Shown here one piece after another: positions 40,095 through 50,366 of a DNA stretch of 64,000 nt. The notes beneath the pieces were generated by a model. The model did no database searches. It was not told the origin of the DNA and saw nothing but the letters and a program-made list of their open reading frames with translations. How positions within the stretch are numbered: position 1 is the stretch's first letter; every line of letters starts with the position of its first letter. The translations under genes and the position numbers were made by a program. This stretch comes from Squalus acanthias (taxonomy: Eukaryota): contig JASTWF010000035.1 of NCBI GenBank assembly GCA_030390025.1, positions 1,798,001 through 1,862,000 on the forward strand, written 5' to 3'.

Positions 40095-41360
40095 AGAAAC
40101 ATAGAAGATAGGAGCAGGAGTAGGCCATTCGGCCCCTCGAGCCTGTTCCGCCATTTAATGAGAGCATGGCTGATCATCCAAATTCAGTTCCCTGTCCCTG
40201 CTTTCTCCCCATATCCCTTGATCCCTTTAGCCTTAAGAAATATATCTAACTCCTTCCTGAATATATTTAATGAATTGGCCTCAACTGCCTTCTGTGGTAG
40301 AGAATTCCACAGGTTCGCCACTCTCTGGGTGAAGAAATTCCTCCTCATCTCAGTCCGAAATGGCTTACCCCTTATCCTTAGACTGTGACCCCTGGTTCTG
40401 GACTCCCCCGCCATCGGGAACATCCTTCCTGCATCTAGTCTGTCTAGTCCTGTTAGAATTTTATAAGTTTCAATGAGATCCCCTCTCATTCTTCTAAACT
40501 CTAGCGAATATAAGCCTAATCAACCCGATCTGTCTTCATACGTCATTCCTGCCATTCCAGGTATCAGTCTGGTGAATCTTCGCTGCACTCCCTCCATGGC
40601 AAGAACATCCTTCCTCAGATAAGGCGACCTAAACTGCACACAATATTCAAGGTGTGGTCTCACCAAGGCCCTGTACAACTGCAGCAAGACATCCTTGCTC
40701 CTGTACTGAATCCTCTCGCTATGAAGACCAACATACCATTTGCCTTCTTAACCGCCTGCTGCACCTGCATGCTTACCTTCAGCGACTGGTGCACAAGGAC
40801 ACCCAGGTCTCGTTGCGCTTCCCCTTTTCCCAATCTATTGCCGTTCAGATAAATAATCTGTCTTCCTGTTTTTGGCACCAAAGTGGATAACCACACATTT
40901 ATCCACATTGTACTGTATCTGCCAGGCATCTGCCCAATCACCCAACCTATCCAAATCATACTGGAGTTTCTCTGCATCCTCCTCACAGCACACACACCCA
41001 CCCAGCTTTGTGTCATCTGCAAACTTGGAGATATTACATCTATTTCCCTCGTCTAGATCATTAATATATATTGTGAATAGCTGGGGTCCGAGCACCGATC
41101 CCTGCGGTACCCCACTAGTCACTGCCTGCCACTCAGAAAAAGACCCGTTTATTCCAACTCTTTGCTTCCTGTCTGCCAACCAGTTCTCTATCCAAGTCAG
41201 TACCTTACCCCCAATCCCATGTGCTTTAACTTTGCACGCTAATCTCTTATGCGGGACCTTATCGAAAGCCTTCTGAAAGTCCAAATACACCAGATCCACT
41301 GGTTCTCCCTTATCTATTCTACCAATTACATCCTCAAAAAATTCCAGTAGATTAGTCAAG
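40095..41360 (-). mobile_element. CR1 LINE 3' fragment nested in the RTE
   Basis: CLTNLLEFF...GVPQGSVLGP...FADD with a (TTTCTATG) tail. RTE sequence rejoins across it (GATCACCTGGCAT | GCTCTCCTCCTTCC). Confidence 0.93.
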
Positions 41361-43056
41361 CATGCTCTCCTCCTTCCAAATAAGAGAAATGAGTTCAGGT
41401 ATTCGCGCCAATAGTGCTTCTCCACCATGTTTTAGCGCCTCGGCGGGGATTCCATCTGCTCCTGAGGCCTTGTTGTTCTTCAGTTGTCGGATGGCCTTTT
41501 CAACCTCATGCCGGGCTGGGGTTGTGCTGAGGTGGTGGCGGGTAGCATGCTGCGGGATGGAGTTGAGGACACTCGCGTCGAAGACAGAGTCTCGGTTACG
41601 GAGATCTTCGAAGTGCTCCTGCCAGCGGGCACTGACTGCCTCTCTGTCCTTGATGAGTACCTCTCCGTTCTTGGCCCGCAGTGGGGTAGGACCTTGGGTG
41701 CTTGGGCCGTAGGTGGTCTTGACTGCGCTAAGGAACCACGCACGTCATGGTTGTCGGCTAGCTGCTGGATCTCCTGCGCTTTCTCCACCCACCATCTGTT
41801 CTTTTGGTCGCGAGTTTTTTGTTGGACCTCGGCCTTCAGGCAGTCTGTAGAGCTGCTTTCTTGCTCTCGAGTTCTGTTGCTGTTTCTAGATCAGGAATGC
41901 CTTGCGCTTGTGGCTTATTAGCTCCTGGATCTCCTGGTCATTCTCGTCGAACGAGTCTTGCTGTTTCCTGGCTGAGTGACCGAGCATCTCTTCACAGATG
42001 CTAATTATGGAGGCCTTGAGTACAGACCAGGCGCTGTGGACACTCTGTGTCTCTGCATCACTGGGAGTCGTCAGGTTGGTTGTGAGGCGCAGGCTGAATA
42101 GGGCTTTCTTAGTAGGGTCTTTGAGTGCTCCAGCGTTGATTTTCCTGCAGCATTGCTTCTGTTGCCGCCGCTGTTGTGGGGCTACGTTGATGGAGATGAC
42201 AGAGCGGATTAGGCGGTGGTCTGTCCAGCAGTCGTCAGCTCCTGTCATGGCGCAGGTGATGCAGACGCCCTTGTGGTCCCTCGGTCAGACGATGACATAG
42301 TCCAGCAGGTGCCAGTGCTTGGAGTGAGGGTGTTGCCATGAAGCCTTGTACTTGTCTCTCTGACGGAACAAGGTGTTGGTTGTGACAAGGCCATGTTCTA
42401 AGCATTTCGTCAGGAGGAGGGTACCGTTGGAGTTGGCTTTCCCTACCCCCTCTCTGCCGATCACACCTCCCCAGAGGTCTGTGTCCTTTCCAACTCTGGT
42501 GTTAAAGTCGCCAAGGAGGATCAGCTTGTCGCCCGTTGGGACTCGGGACAGGGATTGTTCGAGGCTGAAGTAGAATTCCTCTTCGGTCTCGTCTGTGGCT
42601 TCCAGTGTTGGGGCGTACGCACTGATGACCGTAGCGCACTGGTTCCGGGCTAGGGTGAGCCGTAGAGTCATGAGGCATTCGTTTATTCCACAAGGGGCGT
42701 CTCTGAGATGTTCAACTAGCTCATTTTTTATGGCGAAGCCTACCCCATGGAGGCGGCGTTCTTCTTCAGGTTTGCCTTTCCAGAAGAAGGTGTAACCACC
42801 GCCTTGCTCCTTGAGCTGGCCTTCCCCTGCCCGCCGGGTCTCGCTTAGGGCGGCGATGTCAATGTCGAAACATCTGAGCTCCCAGGCAACGATACCAATA
42901 CGGCGTTGCGGTCTGTCGCTGTTGGGGTTGTCCATGTGGGTCCTGACGTTCCAGGTCCCGAACTTCATTTTAAAGAGTGGAAGATGCCTGTGCGTGAATT
43001 CTTTTAACGTGGGGTGGCCGTTGCACACCAGCTACCACAAGGGCTTGACAGAGCAA

Positions 43057-43195
43057 CTAAGGGGATCAAGGGGTATGGCGAGAAAGCAGGAATGGGGTAC
43101 TGAGGTAGCATGTTCAGCCATGAACGCATTGAATGGCGGTGCAGGCTCGAAGGACCGAATGGTCTACTCCTGTACCTATTTTCTATGTTTCTATG
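43057..43195 (+). mobile_element. Short CR1/HE1-type 3' tail insertion in the RTE 5' UTR
   Basis: AAGGGGATCAAGGGGTATGG...GAATGGCGGTGCAGGCTCGAAGGACCGAATGGTCTACTCCTG...(TTTCTATG)2, the same module as the other CR1 ends in this window. Confidence 0.85.
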
Positions 43196-43375
43196 TCTTG
43201 GTCCAATGGCAAGGGGATCTAAGACGATTGGAGACCAGGCTCTGCTACATCGGCCTAGCACACACACACAAACATACTCCTACTGTCCTCCTCCCTCCTT
43301 CCCGCAGGTCCTCTCTGCCTGGGTTTCATAGGATGCAGTGTGGTCCTCCCGACCCCGCTACTGGTCCACGCTGCG

Positions 43376-45237
43376 CCGCTCCTGGGCCTCGACCTCGCTG
43401 CTGGGCTCGTCCTCACTCCTGAGTCCCGACCTCATTCCTGGGCCTCGGCCTCGCTCCTGGGTCCCGACCTCGCTCCTGGTTCCTGTCCTTGCTCCTGGGC
43501 CCTGTCCTCGCTCCTGGGCCCTGTCCTCGCTCCTGGGCCCCGTCCTCGCTCCTGGGTCCCGACCTCGCTCCTGGGCCCCGTCCTCGCTCCTGGTTCCTGT
43601 CCTTGCTCCTGGGTCCCGACCTCGCTCCTGGGTCCCGTCCTCGCTCCTGGGTCCCGACCTCGCTCCTGGGCCCCGTCCTCGCTCCTGGGCCTCGACCTCG
43701 CTCCTGGGCCTCGACCTCGCTCCTGGGCCCTGTCCTCGCTCCTGGGTCCCGACCTCGCTCCTGAGCCTCGACCTCGCTCCTGGGCCCTGTCCTCGCTCCT
43801 GGGTCCCGTCCTCGCTCCTGGGCCTCGACCTCGCTCCTGGGCCTCGACCTCGCTCCTGGGCCTCGACCTCGCTCCTGGGCCCTGTCCTCGCTCCTGGGTC
43901 CCGTCCTCGTTCCTGGGCCCCATCCTTGCCCCTGGGACTTGACCTCGCTCCTGGGCCCCGTCCTCGCTCCTGGGTCCCGACCTCGCTCCTGGGCCCCGTC
44001 TTCGCTCCTGGGCCTCGACCTCGCTCCTGGTTCCTGTCCTGGCTCCTGGGCCCCGTCCTCGCTCCTGGGCCCCGTCCTCGCTCCTGGGCCTCGACCTCGC
44101 TCCTGGGTCCCGACCTCGCTCCTGGGCCTCGACCTCGCTCCTGGTTCCTGTCCTTGCTCCTGGGTCCCGACCTCGCTCCTGGGCCTCGACCTCGCTCCTG
44201 GGTCCCGTCCTCGCTCCTGGGTCCCGACCTCGCTCCTGGGCCCCGTCCTCGCTCCTGGGCCTCGACCTCGCTCCTGGTTCCTGTCCTTGCTCCTGGGTCC
44301 CGACCTCGCTCCTGGGTCCCGTCCTCGCTCCTGGGTCCCGTCCTCGCTCCTGGGCCCTGTCCTCGCTCCTGGGTCCCGTCCTCGCTCCTGGGCCTCGACC
44401 TCGCTCCTGGGTCCCGACCTCGCTCCTGGGCCTCGACCTCGCTCCTGGGCCCTGTCCTCGCTCCTGGGTCCCGTCCTCGCTCCTGGGTCCCGACCTCGCT
44501 CCTGGGTCCCGTCCTCGCTCCTGGTTCCTGTCCTTGCTCCTGGGTCCCGACCTCGCTCCTGGGCCTCGACCTCGCTCCTGGGTCCCGACCTCGCTCCTGG
44601 GCCCTGTCCTCGCTCCTGGGTCCCGTCCTCGCTCCTGGTTCCTGTCCTTGCTCCTGGGTCCCGACCTCGCTCCTGGGCCTCGACCTCGCTCCTGGGCCCC
44701 GTCCTCGCTCCTGGTTCCTGTCCTTGCTCCTGGGTCCTGACCTCGCTCCTGGGTCCCGACCTCGCTCCTGGGCCCCGTCCTCGCTCCTGGGCCTCGACCT
44801 CGCTCCTGGTTCCTGTCCTTGCTCCTGGGTCCCGACCTCGCTCCTGGGTCCCGACCTCGCTCCTGGGCCCCGTCCTCGCTCCTGGGCCTCGACCTCGCTC
44901 CTGGTTCCTGTCCTCGCTCCTGGGTCCCGACCTCGCTCCTGGGCCTTGTCCTTGCCCCTGGGCCCCATCCTTGCCCCTGAGCCTCGACTTCGCTCCTGGG
45001 TCCTGTCCTCGCTCCTGGGCCCCGTCCTCGCTCCTGGGTCCCGTCCTCGCTCCTGTGCCTCGACCTCGCTCCTGGTTCCTGTCCTTGCTCCTGGGTCCCG
45101 ACCTCGTTCCTGGGCCCCGTCCTCGCCCCTGGGCCTCGACCTAGCTCCTGGGCCCCATCCTCGCCCCTGGGCCTCGATCTCACTCCTGGGCCCCGTCCTC
45201 GCTCCTGTGTCCCATCCACGTACCTGGGTCCCGACCT
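43376..45237. repeat. GC-rich 19-bp minisatellite, about 98 units: constant CTCGCTCCTGG plus a variable 8-mer
   Basis: Units such as CTCGCTCCTGG-GTCCCGAC, -GCCTCGAC, -GCCCCGTC, -GCCCTGTC and -TTCCTGTC read directly; more degenerate at both ends. Confidence 0.97.
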
Positions 45238-45326
45238 CCTTATAGTGTGTCTCCTTATAGTGAGTGTGTCACGTGGTGCGTCTCCTTCCAGTGAGTGTGT
45301 CCAATGGTGTCTCCTTCTAGTGAGTG

Positions 45327-46205
45327 TGTCCTGTCCACAAAAATCAGGACAAATCCAATCCGGTCAACTACTACCCGATCAGTCTACTCTCAATCATCAG
45401 CAACATGACGGAAGGTGTCCTCGACAGTGTCATCAAGCGACACTTTCTCACCAATAACCTGCTCACTGATGCTCAGTTTAGGTTCTGCCAGGACCCCTCG
45501 GCTTCAGACCTCATTACAGTCTTGGTTCAAACATGGACAAAAGAGCTGAATTCCAGAGGTGAGGTGAGAGTGACTGCCCTTGACATCAAGGCAGCATTTG
45601 ACCGAGTGTGGCATCAAAGAGCCCTAGTAAAATTGAAGTGAATGGGAATCAAAGTAAAGTTCTCCACTAGTTGGAGTCCTACCTAGCACACAGGAAGATA
45701 GTTGTGGTTGCTGGAGGCCAATCATCACAGCCCCAGGACATCGCTGCAGGAGTTCCTCAGGGCAGTGTCCTCGGCCCAAACATCTTCAGCTGCTTCATCA
45801 ATGACCTTCCCTTCATCATAAGGTTTGAAGTGGGGATGGCCGCTGATCATTGCAGTGTTCAATTCCAATTGCAACTCCTCAGATAATGAAGCAGTCCATG
45901 CCCACATGCAGCAAGACCTGGCCGACATTCGGTTGATACGTGGCCACACAAGTGCCAGGCAATGACCATCTCCAACAAGAGAGAGTCTAACCACCGCCCC
46001 TCGGCATTCAACAGCATTACCATCACCAAATCCCTCATCATCACCATTGACCAGAAACTTAACTGGACAAGCCACATAAATGCTGTGGCTACAAGGGCAG
46101 GTCAGAGGCTGGTATTCTTCGGTGAGTGACTCACCTCCTGACTCCCCAAAGCCTTTCCACCATCTACAAGTCAGGCGTGTGATGGAATGCTCTCCACTTG
46201 CCTGG
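45327..46205 (+). mobile_element. Right part of the second LINE family; the first 440 bp duplicate 38632-39070
   Basis: CPVHKNQDKSNPVNYYPISLLS...ALDIKAAFDRVWH...GVPQGSVLGPNIFSCFINDLP; continues past the point where the left part stops. Confidence 0.87.
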
Positions 46206-46520
46206 ATCAGGCCTTACAGAGGGTGCAGAGGATCTTTACTAGAATGGTGCCGGGGATGAAAGACTTCAGTTACGTGGAGAGACTAGAGAAACAGGGGTTG
46301 TTTTCTTTAAAGCAGAGAAGGTTAAGGAGAGATTTGAAGGGTTTTGATAGCTTAAATAAGGAGAAACTGTTTCCAGTGGCAGAAGGATTGCTAACCAGAG
46401 GGCACGGAGTTAAAGTAATTGGCAAAAGAACCAGAAGTGACCTGAGGAAAAAAAAATTACGCAGCGAGTTGTTATGATCTGGAATGTGCTGCCTGAGAGG
46501 GTGGTGGAAGCAGATTCAAT
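46206..46520 (+). mobile_element. Old CR1 3' fragment
   Basis: ALQRVQRIFTRMVPGM...YVERLEKQGLFSLKQRRLR...TRGH motifs. Confidence 0.8.
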
Positions 46521-46521
46521 A

Positions 46522-46990
46522 TAACAACAACTTGCATTTATATAGCGCCTTTAACATTTTAAATCCTCGCATGCGCTTCACAGGAGTGTTATCAAACAAA
46601 ATTTTACACCGAGCCACATAAGGAGATATTACAACGGATGAAAGGAGGAAAGGCGGAGAGGTTTAGGGAGGGAATTCCAGAGCTCTGGGCCTCCTATTTC
46701 TCACCTACATGCTGCCCCTCGGCAACATCATCTGAAAACACAGCGTCAGTTTCCACATGTACGCTGATGATACCCAACTCTACCTCACCACCACTTCTCT
46801 CAACCCCTCCACAGTCTCTAAATTGTCAGATTGCTTGTCTGACATCCAGTACTGGATGAGCAGAAATTTCCTCCAACTAAATATTAGGAGACCTGAAGCC
46901 AATCGGGGATGCGCAAGATGCCAGAACTGAAGGAGCGCAGAAATCTCGAAGGCTTGGAGGGCTGGAGGAGGTTGCCGAGATAGGGAGGGG
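46522..46990. mobile_element. Rearranged L2-like LINE remnants (tail on - strand, RT piece on + strand), resuming at 49451-49570 after the LTR
   Basis: AACAACAACTTGCATTTATATAGCGCCTTTAAC tail; + strand FHMYADDTQLYL; the sequence GAGATAGGGAGGGG|GGGGCGAGGTCATGGAGGGATTT is continuous across the LTR. Confidence 0.7.
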
Positions 46991-47260
46991 TGTAGGGGGT
47001 GGTGGTTTGTGTCAGCTTCGCCTCTGACTTCTGAGTGGTTCAAATCGCTCCCACTCCCTTAGTTCTAGACCTTGGACTTATTTGGGGGTTGTGACAAAAA
47101 GTGCAGCAGACAACTGGTTTTGATGCAAGAACTTCGATCTTTATTCAAGAAAGTAAAACACAACACAAACACTCTTAACACTCTAAAAGTGGGGAACACT
47201 TCGGTACAAGCGAGGGAAATAACATTCGAAGAATACTTCACCCCTCCCAATCCCACTTCA

Positions 47261-48194
47261 CTAGGAGGGGGGGTGGGCTCAGAGGAGGAGACCAGGAAGC
47301 TCCAGAGCGATTTGGACAGACTGGGTGATTGGGCGGATAAATGGCAGATGCACTATAATGTGGACAAGTGCGAAGTTATCCACCTTGGGTGTAGGAACGG
47401 GAGGGCAAATTATTATTTAAATGGCAATAAATTGGGAGAGGGGGAAGTACAGAGAGACCTGGGTGTTCTTGTACACCAGTCACTGAAGGCGAGCATGCAG
47501 GTGCAACAGGCGATCAAGAAGGCAAACGGTATGCTGGCCTTCATAGCAAAAGGGTTGGAATACAGGAACAGGGATACCTTGCTGCAGCTGTACAGGGCAC
47601 TGGTGAGACCACACCTCGAGTACTGTGTACAGTTTTGGTCGCCTCATCTGAGGAAAGATATTCTTGCCATGGAGGGGGTGCAGCGGCGATTCACCAGGCT
47701 GATACCAGGAATGGCGGGATTGACCTATGAGGAGAGACTATGTAGTTTAGGGATGTACACACTGGAGTTTAGAAGATTGAGAGGGGACCTCATAGAAGTG
47801 TATAAAATTCTGACAGGTCTAGACAGACTAGATGCAGAAGGAATGTTTCCCTTGGCGGGTGAGAACAGAACTAGAGGACATAATTTAAGGATAAGGGCTA
47901 AACTATTTAGGACAGAAATGAGGGGGAATTTCTTCACTCAGAGGGTGGTGAACCTGTGGAACTCATTGCCACAGAGGGCAGTGTACGCCAGCTCATTAAA
48001 TATATTTAAGAGGGAATTAGATATATTTCTACAGGCAAAAGGGGTTAAGGGTTACGGAGAGAAGGCGGGGACGGGATACTGAATTGGAGGATCAGCCATG
48101 ATCTCATTAAATGGCGGAGCAGGCTCGAAGGGCCGGATGGCCTACTCCTGCTCCTATCTTCTATGTATCTATGTATCTATGTATCTATGTATGT
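47261..48194 (+). mobile_element. Young CR1 3' fragment nested in the solo LTR
   Basis: Uninterrupted frame to the natural stop at 48082 (LQSDLDRL...[17 protein letters not shown]...TRGH); (TATCTATG)n tail; ACTAG at both ends. Confidence 0.93.
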
Positions 48195-48515
48195 ACTAGC
48201 TAGGTTGGGCTCTGGAGAACCAGGGATAATGCTCACCAAACGAATCCTTGACAGTTGAGAGTTGGGGTTTAGAGTTTTTTGAGTAAAAAGTTTCGTAAGG
48301 CCCTTGTTGCCGCGAGGTGACGGATGGTCACTGAGGCGGTCGCTCTGGTTTCTTCTTGCGTGTCGGCCTGCTTCTGGAGCTGTTGGCCTTCTTTGTTGAA
48401 CTTCTTTCTGTTGCCCCCTCGCCTTGTTGAACTGTCTTCTTCAGAGCTGTGGAACTGCCTTCTTGCAGAACTGTGGAACTGCCTTCTGCCTGCTTGTTGA
48501 ACTTGTTTCTGTTGA

Positions 48516-48718
48516 TGATGCGGAGATGCCGGTGTTGGACTGGGGTGGACAAAAGTGAGAAGTCGCACAACACCAGGTTATAGTCCAACAGTTTTATTTG
48601 AAATCACAAGCTTTCGGAGCGGCTGCTCCTTCACCTGACGAAGGAGCAGCCGCTCCGAAGCTTGTGATTTCAAATTAAACTGTTGGACTATAACCTGGTG
48701 TTATGCGACTTCTCACTT
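48516..48718. mobile_element. Palindromic Penelope terminal-repeat insertion with a hammerhead motif at its centre
   Basis: ~83-bp inverted arms (48549-48632 and 48640-48722) around the loop ACCTGAC, plus a 33-nt unpaired extension. 13-bp direct repeat TTGTTTCTGTTGA at 48503-48515 and 48719-48731. Centre reads CAC-CTGACGA-A-GGAGC-AGCC-GCTCC-GAA-GCTT-GTG. Confidence 0.82.
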
Positions 48719-49799
48719 TTGTTTCTGTTGAACTGTGTACGGTTGTACTGGAGAACTCGAACTTGAGAACTGTGTAACTGCTGTCCTGTCTGTGTGACTC
48801 CTGTGCTTCTCCTGTCCTGCTTGTTGCTTGAACTTGAGAAAAGCAGGCCTTCAATTATACTAATTGAAGCCTCCTTTGTTGCGCGCCAAATCAAATCCCG
48901 GTCATTGTAAGATTTTGGCGGACTCGTTAACAGTAACTGGTTTGTAAATGTGTGAAGTGGTTTCGGGGATGGCTCCATCCTGTCGATCTTCTCGGTTGAT
49001 TACAGGTGAATGGTTTTGTGTTTGGTTTTCTTGATTGGGCCTGTAATTTTTATAGGTTAAGCCGAAGTAATTTGTTTTATGCATGTCTTAATGGGCTCTG
49101 TAGCTTGGGGTGGAGACTGTTCTCCTCGGGTTTATTGTTAGGATGCTAATGTCTGCTAGGGGCTGATTTACACTCCCAGCGAGATCATGCAGTTCCCCAG
49201 ACAGTTCCCATTAGCTCCAATACCCAAACTGTTTTTACAGAGGTTGAACCCACCTTCCTTCACAACCTTTTCTCCCTTACAAGTCCAGACATGTCTTTTA
49301 AAATCCCAAATCTTGGTTTTTACTCGAAAGGTCCTTCGGTTTAGGCCCAATGCACTTCACCACCCTGTAATAGCTAGAAAAGAGTCCAAAGTCTTTTTCC
49401 TTAGGGTTTTCTTAGAGTTAGGGGGATCTGTGAATTTTGAGAATCTTACAGGGGCGAGGTCATGGAGGGATTTCAAGACAAGGATCAGAATTTTAAAATT
49501 GCAGGACCGGGCCCAATGGAGCTTAGCGAGCGCAGGGGTGATGGGTGAACAGGACTTGGTGTGAGTAGCACAGCAGAAAAGGATTACATAGGATATACGG
49601 CACAGAAACAGGCCATTCGGCCCAACCAGTCCATGCAAGCTTTCTTGGATCCAAATTGTCCAAACCTATCATAATTTTAAACACTTTCTATCATTTCCCC
49701 TCTCAAGAGTGAAAAGACTCAGATTGTCAATCTTTCCTTGTACTTCATTCCTTAAATTCTGGGAGCACCCGTGTAGCCCTTCTCTGTTACCTACCACTT

Positions 49800-50065
49800 G
49801 TCAGTCCAAGTCCGGACAATATCCAGACCCTATTGTAGGCTGGCGTGGGCTGCTTCATGATCAGAGGGGTTGTGAGTGGAGCTAAACACTGTGGAATAGA
49901 CAGTGAACAGCCCCATTACTGCTCTTATATTGGAGGGAAGGTCATTGATGAAGTAGCTGAAGATGGTTGGGCTGAGGACACTTCCTTGCAGTGATGTCCT
50001 GGAGCTGTGATGATTGGCCTCCAACAACCACAGGTATGACTCCAGCTACTAGATAGTTTTCCCCT
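49800..50065 (-). mobile_element. Degenerate fragment of the second LINE family
   Basis: QGSVLSPTIFSYFINDLPS on the - strand, homologous to 45750-45810. Confidence 0.7.
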
Positions 50066-50174
50066 TGACTCCATTTTACATTTTATGTGTTTCTAAAATC
50101 CTTCACTATTTTCTTTTATGTAAATCTGTTTATTACCAGTGGAGAAATTTTAAATGCTGTGGATTTTGTTTCAG

Positions 50175-50289
50175 GCTTGTAACAATAAGGGCAACTGTCA
50201 CTGTGACAACGGCTGGGCTCCTCCATTTTGCAATTCCAGTGGGGAAGGTGGCAGCATTGACAGCAGAACAGTGATTGACACACGCACAA
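50175..50289 (+). CDS. Internal coding exon of the same ADAM gene: EGF-like domain and juxtamembrane linker
   Basis: TTTTGTTTCAG acceptor and GTAAGG donor. 115 nt, phase 0-1, translating [38 protein letters not shown], which matches the ADAM CxxxxxCHCxxGWAPPxC...GGSxDS pattern. Confidence 0.93.
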
Positions 50290-50366
50290 GTAAGGTTTTA
50301 ATCATTTACTGTGTCTTTCTCTGTACTGCTCACCGTCATGTGAATTGGAGGGGCATAGATATCTCG

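Larger units (their letters stand above)
39071..45326 (-). mobile_element. RTE-clade LINE, probably reaching its 5' end, with an internal RT deletion, two nested CR1 insertions and a 5' minisatellite
   Basis: (AAG)n tail at 39071; C-terminal CPTCDRDCRSRIGLISHLRTH zinc finger; APE N-terminus MKFGTWNVRT...AALSETR...GVGFAI...SAYAPT...GDFN (42285-42968). Bounded by ~440-bp direct repeats. Including 43197-45326 in the element is inferred from those repeats. Confidence 0.85.
46991..49450 (-). mobile_element. Solo LTR (~1.3 kb without nested inserts), ERV- or Gypsy-like
   Basis: Starts TGTAG and ends TTACA, flanked by GGGG on both sides, and interrupts an L2 remnant. On the - strand there is TATAAA at ~49050 and AATAAA at ~47140. 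Confidence 0.7.

Noticed and set aside
42970..43260. HDV-like ribozyme in the RTE 5' UTR
   Set aside because: Some pairing is visible, but I could not assemble the full nested double pseudoknot by eye, and the region is interrupted by a CR1 tail.
43338..45245. 635-aa, 595-aa and 536-aa Pro/Arg/Gly-rich ORFs
   Set aside because: They are translations of a 19-bp GC-rich minisatellite that is open in nearly all frames on both strands; the unit is not a multiple of three.
35304..50289. A specific ADAM paralog symbol
   Set aside because: The 64 visible residues resemble ADAM8, 12, 15, 19 and 33 to similar degrees by eye; BLASTP, phylogeny and synteny are needed.
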